Shown piece after piece: positions 18,275-26,751 of a stretch of 64,000 nt of DNA. The DNA lies in the NCBI GenBank assembly GCA_025458165.1, contig JALOTB010000024.1, forward strand, positions 811 through 64,810, written 5' to 3'. The position numbers were made by a program, and so were the translations under genes. Position 1 is the first letter of the stretch, and the number at the start of each line of letters is the position of its first letter. This stretch comes from Chromatiaceae bacterium. GTDB lineage: Bacteria; Pseudomonadota; Gammaproteobacteria; Chromatiales; Chromatiaceae. Below the pieces are notes generated by a model that was given only the letters and a program-made list of their open reading frames with translations, did not search any database and was not told the origin of the DNA.

Positions 18275-19195
18275 ATGACCACCGCGACCGATACCGCAAC
18301 CTTGCGTGCCGATGCGGCGCTGGCGGAGCCGCTGCGGCGGGTCGCCTTCGAGGCCGGGATGCTGCTCGGGATCGAGGCGACCCGCGACGAGCAGGCCTAT
18401 CACCGCCGCCGCCTCACCCGCGGGCAATACTGGCTGCACGGGGCCGGGACCGTCGCCGGGCTACGGGTCGCGATCGAGCCGACCGCGCCCGCCGATGACG
18501 AACCGGCGGACACCGACATGCCGGTGCGCCTCACGGTCTCGCCGGGCGTCGGCATCGACGGCCTGGGCCGCGAGCTGCTGCTGACCGAGACCCACTGCTT
18601 GGATCTGCGCGCCTGGCTGCGGGCGCAGGATCGGCCCTGGCTGCTCGGCGGCTTCGACGACACGGCCGACCGGCTGCACCTCGGCGTCTTCGCCCGCCAC
18701 CAGGACTGCCCGGTCGGGCTGCAACCGGTGCTCGCACGCAAGCTCAACCTTGGCACCGACCCGGTGCAGCCGAGCCGCATCGCCGACGCGGTGGCGCTCG
18801 AGCTCGACCTGCTCGACCCGGCCGCCGCGCTCGAACGGCTCGGGCCCTGGCCGCTGCACGGTCCGTTGCAAGGCGCGGCGGCCGGTCCGCTGCCCGATCT
18901 CAGCGCCGAGGAACAGGCCGCGCTGGACGCGCTGCCCGCCGGCGCGGACGGCGAGCGCGCACGCCTCGAGCTCAGACTGCGCCTGTTGCACCTGTTCGAC
19001 ACCCCCTGGGCCGCACCGGCGCTCGCGGCCGACCTGCTGCGCTTGGTCCGGGTGCCGCTCGCCCGCCTGACGCTGCGCACCGCCGACCCGGCGACCGAGC
19101 TGGTCGTGAATCCCGGCCGGATCTCGATCGACAACCTCAGCCGCCCGTTCGTGCCGACCGCGGCGCAACTGGCGGCGCTCGCCCTCGCTGGCTGA
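18275..19195 (+). CDS. hypothetical protein, paralog family member A (shared N-terminal domain)
   Basis: 306 aa. The N-terminal block FEAGMLLGIEATRDEQAYHRRRL ... AGLRV ... VSPGVGIDGLGRELLL aligns with the N-termini of the next two ORFs. Confidence 0.6.
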   Translation: MTTATDTATLRADAALAEPLRRVAFEAGMLLGIEATRDEQAYHRRRLTRGQYWLHGAGTVAGLRVAIEPTAPADDEPADTDMPVRLTVSPGVGIDGLGRELLLTETHCLDLRAWLRAQDRPWLLGGFDDTADRLHLGVFARHQDCPVGLQPVLARKLNLGTDPVQPSRIADAVALELDLLDPAAALERLGPWPLHGPLQGAAAGPLPDLSAEEQAALDALPAGADGERARLELRLRLLHLFDTPWAAPALAADLLRLVRVPLARLTLRTADPATELVVNPGRISIDNLSRPFVPTAAQLAALALAG

Positions 19196-19235
19196 CGCGC
19201 ACCCCCGTGCCGAAACCCTCACCCCGGAGACCGCG

Positions 19236-21017
19236 ATGAGCACCATTCCCGGCTTCGCCCCGATCGGCAACCTCGCGCCGCCGATTCCGGGTCTCCCGGA
19301 TCAGGCGGATTTCAACCCGCTGCTGACCCGCACGCATTACTTCGACGGGCGGCTGCTCACCGCGGCGGACCTGACGCGCGAGCAGCTCTACCTCGACCAG
19401 CGCCTGCGCGAGGTCGGCGCCGCGCTCGGCAGCGGCGTCGTCCGCGGGCTCCGGGCACGTCTGGCCGGCGGACGCGTAACCATCGAGCCGGGGCTGGCGA
19501 TCACCGCCGCCGGACGGGTGCTGGAGCTGCGCGCGCCACTCACCGTCGACCTCAACAACCGCGCCAAGCTGGCCGGCCTCAACGACGGGCGTTTCGCCCA
19601 TCTACCCCACGGCCTGTTCGCCCTCATCCTGGGCTATGCGGAGCGCCCGAGCGGCGTCGCCGAGGTCTTCCCGCGCGACCTCAACGAGCGCACCGCGCAG
19701 CACGACGTCGACGAAGAGGGTGTGCAGGCGGCCCTGCTGCCACTGCCGGTGCCGCTGCCGGCCGCCGGCGAGCTGGCCCTGCGCGCGGGCCTGATGCGGC
19801 TCGCCAACGAGGGCACACTCGACGGGATCGGCCTGCCCGAGGACGCGGTCGCGCTCGGCGTGCTCGCGATCAGCGGTGACGCCGCGCGCTGGCTGGACCC
19901 CACGCTGTTGCGCCACCCGCCGCGCACGCTGCCGGTCAACGGCGAGCGCCAGGCCGATCTCAAGACCCAGTACGAGGCCCTGCTCGGCGACGTGCTCGCC
20001 GCCCGCCTGCCGCTCGACGGCGACTTCGCGGCGGGCGACTACTTCCGGGTGCTGCCACCGGCCGGCCTGGTGCCACGCGCCGCGTTCGATCCGGTGGCCG
20101 GCCGCCAGCGCTTCTTCCCGGCGCACTATCAAGTCTCGATCGCGCCGATCCGCCTCGCCGACCTCGACCTCGTCCAGCAGGAATCGCTGCGGCTGCCGCC
20201 GATCGACCTCGCCCGCGACGAGCCGGTGGAGGTCATCGTGCTGGTACCGCTGGCAGACCTGGCTTTCGGGCAGCTCACCGCACCGCTCGTGCGCGGCCCG
20301 GATGCGACGCCCGGCGCGGTGCCAAAGTCGCCGCCATTGCGCCTGCCGCACCTAGACCCCCTCAGCTTGCGCCTGTACCCCCTGCCGCCGGTGCACGCGC
20401 AGACCAGCGATCGCGACGCCTGGCAGGCGCTTTGGGAGGCCGTGACGGGCGATACGCTGGCCTTCGTGCGGCGGCCGACGCGCGTCGCGGAGACCGGCGT
20501 CAGCGCGATCCGCATCGCGGTCGGCGCCCCGAGCGAGCCGGCCGAGGAGGAGGCGCCGGGCACGGCCCTCCCCCCGCCGGGCGACCTGGTCGAGCTGGTG
20601 CTCGACGAGGACGCCCTCTTGCTCCGGCGCCTCGGGCTCGCACGGCTCGCCGAGCTGCGCGCCCCGCCCGACGACGTCGGACGCGCAGCGCTCGCGGAGC
20701 TGCGTGCCGACTTCGGCGGCGAGGCCGGGCTGGTGCTGGCGTCGGTCGAGTTAATGGCCCTGATCGAGCGACGCTTCGACCCGGTGCTCTGGCCGACGCT
20801 GCTCGCGACCGCCCGCGCCGGCACACTGACCAGCCTGCGCGACCGGCTGGTCGAGCGCCGCGCAGCCGAGACCGAGGACGCCGCGCAGGCCGTCGCGGAC
20901 GGCCAGTCCCCGCCGGCGCCGGCAGCGACCGACGCGCTCATCGACGAGCTTGCCGCGGCGCTCGGTCTGCCCGACACGCTGCGGCTGCGTTGGCGCGAGG
21001 TCGGCGCCGCGGCCTGA
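19236..21017 (+). CDS. hypothetical protein, paralog family member B
   Basis: 593 aa. The N-terminal block YFDGRLLTAADLTREQLYLDQRL ... RGLRA ... IEPGLAITAAGRVLEL is homologous to neighbours A and C. Confidence 0.6.
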   Translation: MSTIPGFAPIGNLAPPIPGLPDQADFNPLLTRTHYFDGRLLTAADLTREQLYLDQRLREVGAALGSGVVRGLRARLAGGRVTIEPGLAITAAGRVLELRAPLTVDLNNRAKLAGLNDGRFAHLPHGLFALILGYAERPSGVAEVFPRDLNERTAQHDVDEEGVQAALLPLPVPLPAAGELALRAGLMRLANEGTLDGIGLPEDAVALGVLAISGDAARWLDPTLLRHPPRTLPVNGERQADLKTQYEALLGDVLAARLPLDGDFAAGDYFRVLPPAGLVPRAAFDPVAGRQRFFPAHYQVSIAPIRLADLDLVQQESLRLPPIDLARDEPVEVIVLVPLADLAFGQLTAPLVRGPDATPGAVPKSPPLRLPHLDPLSLRLYPLPPVHAQTSDRDAWQALWEAVTGDTLAFVRRPTRVAETGVSAIRIAVGAPSEPAEEEAPGTALPPPGDLVELVLDEDALLLRRLGLARLAELRAPPDDVGRAALAELRADFGGEAGLVLASVELMALIERRFDPVLWPTLLATARAGTLTSLRDRLVERRAAETEDAAQAVADGQSPPAPAATDALIDELAAALGLPDTLRLRWREVGAAA

Positions 21018-21043
21018 AACAGCCCGCACCCGAGGCGACACCG

Positions 21044-24000
21044 ATGACGATGATCCGGCTCACCGCGCCCTTGGCGATGTCCGAGTTCCTGGCCCGCCCG
21101 CGGCTCTTCCCTGGCCGACACCTCGGCGAGGACGAGCTCGACCGGCTCCAGGCCTACGCCGATGCCCGCCTGGCGCCACTCACCGCGACCAGCCGGCCCG
21201 GCATCCTGACCGGGCTCGGCTGCCGCGCAGGCGACGCACCGGAGCGCCGCGGCGCGCGCGTGCTGGTCGAGCCGGGCCTGGCGGTGGCCGGGGACGGGCA
21301 GTTGGTCGGACTCTTCGTCGCCGCCCAGGCGACCTGGGCGGGCCTCGTCACGGCCTGGCTGCGCGAACAGCGCGCGAGCGACGCGGTCGGCGTGTACTAC
21401 CTGGTCCTCAAGCGCGGGCTGGGCGTCATCGACGCCGGCGCGGCCGTCGACCCCTGCCAGCGCGCCGAGCCGGACCCGCTGCGCGACCTGCGCCGCGAGG
21501 TGCTCGGCACGCTGGGCCTGCGGCGGCTCGCGGTCGACCCCGCGGGGCTCGCGGCCATGACCCCGGCCCAGGTGCAGAACCAGGTCGCGGCCCGGCACGT
21601 CGACGGCGCGTTCCTCGGCGGGCTCGGCGGCGCGGTGCCGCTCGCGCTGCTCGCGGTCTCGGTGCGCGCCGGCGGCCCCCCGCTCGCCGAGCTGGACCCG
21701 GCGCGGGTCGATCAGCGGTTTCAGGTGGACTGGTGCGAGCCCGCGGCGGGGCGCTACCTGGCGGTCCCGCACGCTGGGGCACGCGTGCTCTTCGAGCAGG
21801 TGCAGACGGCCTGGCGGGCGGCCGTCGAGCGCGCGCTGGCGGCGCGGCCGGCGGACGCTGCGCCGTTCGACCTCGCGGCGGCGCTGGAGTCGGGGCTCAG
21901 GCTCGACTTCCTGCCCGCCGCTGGCGCGCTGCCGCTCGCGCTGCTCGAGGCGGCCGACCAGCCGCGCCCGCGACTGCGTTGGCTGCCGCAACACCTGGCG
22001 GTCGACATGGTGCCGGTGCCGGAGGAGGCGGTCGCCGAGCTGATCGAGCGCGAGCTGCCGCGGCGGGTGCTCGACCTCCGCCGCCCGACCGGCGACCGCA
22101 TCCGGCTGCTGCTCGCGGTCAACGAGCCGGACTACCGGCCGGACCTGCTCGACTTCCCGGCCATCGACGCCGAGCTCGTCAAGGACCTCTACCGCACCCA
22201 CCTGCGCGCCTACCAGGCCTGGCGCGACTGGCGCATCGGCTTCGACGCGCTCTACGCCGTACAGGCCGCCGCGCTGCTCACGCCCGCCGAGGTCCGCGCC
22301 CTGGCGTTTCCCGCGGTGCTGCCGCAGCCGGTCCGCCCCGGGCAGTTCTACGCCGAGCTGATCCGTTCGGAAGGCGGCAAGCTGCCACTGGTCGAGGGCC
22401 GCCCACCGCACCCGTACGACGACGGGACCCCGCCGGCCCCGGCGTTCTATCACGCCTGGCTCGTCAACGGCGAGCCACCCGCAGTGCCGGCGCCGCAGGA
22501 CGACGGCCTGGTGGTGCGCTATCGCGCCACGCAGCTCGACCTGGAGCGGCTCGACCATCGCATCCGGGCACTTCGCGCACGGCTCGAGAAGCATCGCGAC
22601 TACCTGCTGCTGCAACGCCAGCAGCTCGACGCGCAGACCGTCTCGCTGGCCGCCCTCGGGGGCGGCGTGGCCGGAGACGGCAGCGGCCTGCAAATGGCTC
22701 GCTGGCTACCGTTCACCAAGCTGCGCGACAAGGCGGTGGCGGGCGAGGCCCCCGCCAGCGACGCAGACGCGCCGCAACCGCCGGCAGCGCCGAGCGCGGT
22801 CGGCCTGAGCGCGAGCCTGGCGGCGCCGAGCCTCCTCGCCGGCGTGTCGATCCGCGACCTGGGGCAGCCGCAGCCGTTCGCCAGCAAGGCGGTGCTCAAT
22901 CGGACTGCCGCCGTGAGCCTCGGCCGAGACGCACTGCGGCTGGCGGGACTCTCCACCGTCGAGGCCAACCTCAAGCGCGACCGCCTGAACAAGCTCGACG
23001 CGGTACCGAAGCGTCCCCTGACCACACCGGCGCTCGAAGGACGCAGCTACCAGTTCGGCGTGCTCGATCACATCCAGGCCGAGGTGCGCGAGTACGAGGC
23101 GACCTACCGCGGCATGCGCGACCTCATCGAGAGCCTCGATGGGCTGTTCGCCCCGGTCGAGGCGACCAGCATCCGCCGGGTACTGGAGGGATTCGGCGTC
23201 CCGGTGAGCCCGAACGCGCTGGCCGCCGAGCAGACCCCGAAGGCCTATCCGCTGGGTCGCCTCGACCTCGAGCGGATCGGCCGGCTGCTGGACGACGATC
23301 AGTTGCCTGCCGACGCACGAACGGCATTACGGACCGTCCGGGACCAGTATCAGACCTTCCTCGCCGCCCGTAGCCTGAGTAACGAGACGCTCGACGACTA
23401 CGCCACACCGGACCCCAAACGCCGGTTCGCGGCGCTCTTCGAGGCCGGGCAGATCCTCACCCGCCAGATCGCCTGGATGGAGGACCGCTATCAACGCCTG
23501 GAAGACCGGCTCGAAGGCCGACTGCGCGAGCGCATCCGCCTCGAAGGCGCGCTCGACCGCCTGGCCGCGGAGATCGAGTCGGCCGGGCGGAAGCTCGCGG
23601 TGCTCAACGCCAAGCGGCTGGAGTCGCTGAGCGACTACGGCATCGCTCAGGCCCTCACCCGCGAGGACTGGGACGCGGTCTACCGGCGCGACCAGGCACG
23701 CACGGAGATCCTCACCAAGCGCCTGCGCGGCCTGTACTACGTGCGGGTGCGGGAGACGCCGGTCAGCGCGTCGCTCGCCGCCAGGCTGCCGCTCACGCAC
23801 GGCAGCGCGCGCGACCCGGTCCCGGGCTGTGACTGGGATACCGAGGTCGATGTCCCACCGGCCCTCGCCGAGGTCTTCGCGACGGTGCTGGAGGTGCCGT
23901 TCGCGGATTGGCGGCCGCTCACGCCCCTGGTACCCAAGCTGCCCGTCGAGCGGCTGCCGGAGCTGCTCGGCCTGCACCGCTACCGCCTGACGCAGCGGCA

Positions 24001-24808
24001 GGCCGGCGGGCCGGCGGGCGCCCTGGCCGCGGGCCTCGCGGCGCGCCTCGCGCCGGTGCTCACGGCGAACGCCGCACTCCTCCAAGACTGGTCCGCCAGC
24101 GCCCCCTCCGGCGCCGATGCACGCAACCGCTACCTGGCGGAGACCGCCCGAGTGCTGTCGCTGGCGGATGCGCTCGGGCTCACGGGACCGCTGCAGCGTG
24201 AGGTGCAGACGCTTCATGACCGCCTTGAGCAATGCGTGGTCTGCCTCATGGACCGGCTCGGCCGGGTCACGCCGTCGCTGCGCTTCGCCTGGGGCCAACT
24301 CGCCGAGGACGACCGGCTGCCGACCGACGAGCCCGCGCGCTGGCCGGGGCTCGAACGCGCCGAGGCCGCGGACTTCACGGCGGTCCGCACCATCGCCGAG
24401 CTGATCGCCTGGTGGTTCCGGCAGCTCGCCGATGACGCCAGTGGGGCCGGGCGTGCGGCGCTGCGCAACCTGATCCGCGCCGCCGTCATCGTCGCCGCTC
24501 ACGGGGACCCCGGCCGGGTACTGGAGGGTCGGGTCGCGGTCCCGCCCCGGCGCCTGGCGGTCGGGGAGGCGATGCGCCTTGCGCTGCCGGGCTCGCCACC
24601 GGCCGGCACCCGGCTGCAACTGCTCGACGACAGCCAGCGCGTCGTCGGTCTGATCGCCGTCAAGGATCACGACCAGGGCGGCATCCTGGCGCAGGTCGTG
24701 CGGGTCGACGCGGCAGTCGCGGAGGTCACCACGCGCTTCACGGTTGTCTCCGCGGCACTGTCTGCCGAGGCATCGCCCACGCTCGCCGCCAAGGCGGGGC
24801 GACGCTGA
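21044..24808 (+). CDS. hypothetical large protein, paralog family member C, with coiled-coil-like segments
   Basis: 1254 aa from the ATG at 21044 (gagg upstream, 26 nt after the previous stop). The N-terminal block is LFPGRHLGEDELDRLQAYADARL ... TGLGC ... VEPGLAVAGDGQLVGL. There are long heptad-like Arg/Leu/Glu stretches. The upstream ORF extension to 20432 is Arg-rich and was judged spurious. Confidence 0.6.
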   Translation: MTMIRLTAPLAMSEFLARPRLFPGRHLGEDELDRLQAYADARLAPLTATSRPGILTGLGCRAGDAPERRGARVLVEPGLAVAGDGQLVGLFVAAQATWAGLVTAWLREQRASDAVGVYYLVLKRGLGVIDAGAAVDPCQRAEPDPLRDLRREVLGTLGLRRLAVDPAGLAAMTPAQVQNQVAARHVDGAFLGGLGGAVPLALLAVSVRAGGPPLAELDPARVDQRFQVDWCEPAAGRYLAVPHAGARVLFEQVQTAWRAAVERALAARPADAAPFDLAAALESGLRLDFLPAAGALPLALLEAADQPRPRLRWLPQHLAVDMVPVPEEAVAELIERELPRRVLDLRRPTGDRIRLLLAVNEPDYRPDLLDFPAIDAELVKDLYRTHLRAYQAWRDWRIGFDALYAVQAAALLTPAEVRALAFPAVLPQPVRPGQFYAELIRSEGGKLPLVEGRPPHPYDDGTPPAPAFYHAWLVNGEPPAVPAPQDDGLVVRYRATQLDLERLDHRIRALRARLEKHRDYLLLQRQQLDAQTVSLAALGGGVAGDGSGLQMARWLPFTKLRDKAVAGEAPASDADAPQPPAAPSAVGLSASLAAPSLLAGVSIRDLGQPQPFASKAVLNRTAAVSLGRDALRLAGLSTVEANLKRDRLNKLDAVPKRPLTTPALEGRSYQFGVLDHIQAEVREYEATYRGMRDLIESLDGLFAPVEATSIRRVLEGFGVPVSPNALAAEQTPKAYPLGRLDLERIGRLLDDDQLPADARTALRTVRDQYQTFLAARSLSNETLDDYATPDPKRRFAALFEAGQILTRQIAWMEDRYQRLEDRLEGRLRERIRLEGALDRLAAEIESAGRKLAVLNAKRLESLSDYGIAQALTREDWDAVYRRDQARTEILTKRLRGLYYVRVRETPVSASLAARLPLTHGSARDPVPGCDWDTEVDVPPALAEVFATVLEVPFADWRPLTPLVPKLPVERLPELLGLHRYRLTQRQAGGPAGALAAGLAARLAPVLTANAALLQDWSASAPSGADARNRYLAETARVLSLADALGLTGPLQREVQTLHDRLEQCVVCLMDRLGRVTPSLRFAWGQLAEDDRLPTDEPARWPGLERAEAADFTAVRTIAELIAWWFRQLADDASGAGRAALRNLIRAAVIVAAHGDPGRVLEGRVAVPPRRLAVGEAMRLALPGSPPAGTRLQLLDDSQRVVGLIAVKDHDQGGILAQVVRVDAAVAEVTTRFTVVSAALSAEASPTLAAKAGRR

Positions 24809-24948
24809 GTGCCGGAGCGGGGGCGATGGGCGCGCCCACCGACAGGCTCGGGAGCGATCAGGGTAAGCCGCTCCGGCCGACGATCACGCCTCGCATCGGG
24901 GTTGTTCGGCCATCGTTCGTGGCCAGTCGCCCCTGCTCGGGCTGAACC

Positions 24949-26751
24949 ATGCACCCGCCGCCGGCACCCGATCTCCCCGCCGACGCCGTCGCGATCCGGC
25001 GGCTGCGGGTGCGTGCCGCGGCCGCCGCCGGCGCTTCGGCGACGGACCGTCAGGTCCGTCGGGCACTGACCGAGACGAACTGGCCGCGACCCGCCGGCGA
25101 GGCCTGGGTGCTGCTGCGGTCCGTCACAGCACAAGCCCGGACGCCGACCGGCATAGGCGCGGCGGCGGCGCGCGCGGTCGCGGCTCAGATCGCCGCTGCG
25201 GTGGACCTCGGCGATCCGGCCGCCGCGCAGTCCGACGCGGTCTGTGCGCGCGATCGCGACCTGCTGATCGCGTATCTGGCGCGCGACCTGGCCCTCGGCC
25301 AGGCCAGGTCGCGCTGGTACTGGCGCCCCTGGGCCGCGCTGCTCGCCCTGCCGGCCGCGACGGCGCTGCGCGACCTCCTGGCCGGGCAACCGGCGCGGCT
25401 CGCCGCGGTCACCGGCGGGCTTGCGGCGCTCGGGGCGCTCGCGCCCGTCTGGCAGGCGCTGACGGCCGACGCCGCCGACGACCTGCTCGCCCGGGTCGCG
25501 CATGCGCTCGGGCTGCACCTCCCCGCCGCGCCGACCACGGCGGACGTGACGGCCCCGGACGACACCCCGGCGGTCCCCCTGGCCCTGGTCGAGCGCTGGC
25601 GCCCGGCGCTCGCCGGTCTGCCCGAGACCGACGCGCGGACGCGGCTGGCCGTCCTGCTGATGACACTCGAATGGCGACCGCTCTGGCTGACCGCTGACAC
25701 CGCAGTCGCCTCGACCGCGCGACGGCTCGCGGCGGTTGCGGCGGATCTGCGCGGCGCCCCGCGCCCGGCGGGCGCGCTGCCGCCGGGGCGAGTCCCAGGC
25801 ACGGAGCGGACGCTGGCACCGCCAGCGGCGACTGGGCCCCTGTCCAACCCGCCCGCGCGGTGGACATCCGACCCCTCGCCGACAACGGCCGCGCCGGCTG
25901 CGCTGTCCCCGCCGGCCCGGCCGGTCGGGCTGGGGCCGGGGTCGCCCGCCGCTCCCGAGCGCGTTCCCAGCCCCCCGGCCGCGGGTGCGCCGCCCCCCGC
26001 GACCCCAGACCCTGAGCAGGACGGCGGGGACGCGACCGGCAGCGGCGTGCCGCCCACCGCGGCCGGGGCCGACCAGCGCCCCTCCCCGACCCTGGTACCG
26101 ACGCCGCTCCCACCCACGACGGTCCCGCGCCACTCGGACCTCGACCGGCTGCGGGTTCGCGACAGCGGGGCCGCGCCGGCGCCCCACCCGACCGCGACGC
26201 CGGCGGCGGCACCCGGTCCGGCCGGGTCGGCGGCCCGGTCAACGCCCGTCCCCGCGCTTTACACCGGCGAGGGCGGCCTGTTCTACCTGATCAACTTTCT
26301 GGCCCGCCCCGAGGCCCAGGCGCTGCTCGCCGCGCGGGCGAGCCGGACTGACGCCGACGGCTGGGTCTGGCTCTACGGGCTCGGTCGGCGACTGGGGCTC
26401 GACCCGGCCGGGGCGCTCGCGGCCTTTCTCGCCGATCAACGCCGCGCCCCCTGGCCGCAGGACGCCGACACCGATGCCCTGCTCGACCGCCTCGCCGACC
26501 TCGGCGCCCGACTTTACGGCGGGGCGGACGCGTCCGACGACGGGGCGCGCGACCTGTGGGGACCCAGCCTGCTCGCGGTCCCGGCGCTGGTCGAAGCCGG
26601 TCCGAGCCACCTGGACATCCGCTACCCGCTCACCGGGGTGCGGCTCGCGGTGCGCCGCGTCGCGCTCGACGTGAGCCCCGGCTGGGTGCCCTGGCTCGGA
26701 CGGCTGATCCGCCTGCACTACGTCGACCCCTGGCCCGGCCCGCCGCGATGA
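24949..26751 (+). CDS. hypothetical Pro/Ala-rich protein (positional candidate for an Afp14-like tape measure or assembly factor)
   Basis: 600-aa ORF. An in-frame TGA immediately upstream fixes the start. The stop overlaps the ATPase start (ATGA). The central region is very Pro/Ala-rich. The C-terminal ~170 aa look globular (GGLFYLINFLARPEAQ ...). Confidence 0.5.
   Translation: MHPPPAPDLPADAVAIRRLRVRAAAAAGASATDRQVRRALTETNWPRPAGEAWVLLRSVTAQARTPTGIGAAAARAVAAQIAAAVDLGDPAAAQSDAVCARDRDLLIAYLARDLALGQARSRWYWRPWAALLALPAATALRDLLAGQPARLAAVTGGLAALGALAPVWQALTADAADDLLARVAHALGLHLPAAPTTADVTAPDDTPAVPLALVERWRPALAGLPETDARTRLAVLLMTLEWRPLWLTADTAVASTARRLAAVAADLRGAPRPAGALPPGRVPGTERTLAPPAATGPLSNPPARWTSDPSPTTAAPAALSPPARPVGLGPGSPAAPERVPSPPAAGAPPPATPDPEQDGGDATGSGVPPTAAGADQRPSPTLVPTPLPPTTVPRHSDLDRLRVRDSGAAPAPHPTATPAAAPGPAGSAARSTPVPALYTGEGGLFYLINFLARPEAQALLAARASRTDADGWVWLYGLGRRLGLDPAGALAAFLADQRRAPWPQDADTDALLDRLADLGARLYGGADASDDGARDLWGPSLLAVPALVEAGPSHLDIRYPLTGVRLAVRRVALDVSPGWVPWLGRLIRLHYVDPWPGPPR

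Noticed and set aside
20432-21043. Upstream extension of the 21044-24808 ORF. The track gives a 1458-aa product starting at 20432.
   Set aside because: The extension overlaps the 19236-21017 gene in another frame and translates to Arg/Gly/Ala-rich low-complexity sequence. The ATG at 21044 follows the upstream stop by 26 nt, has a gagg RBS, and begins the N-terminal block shared with the two paralogs.
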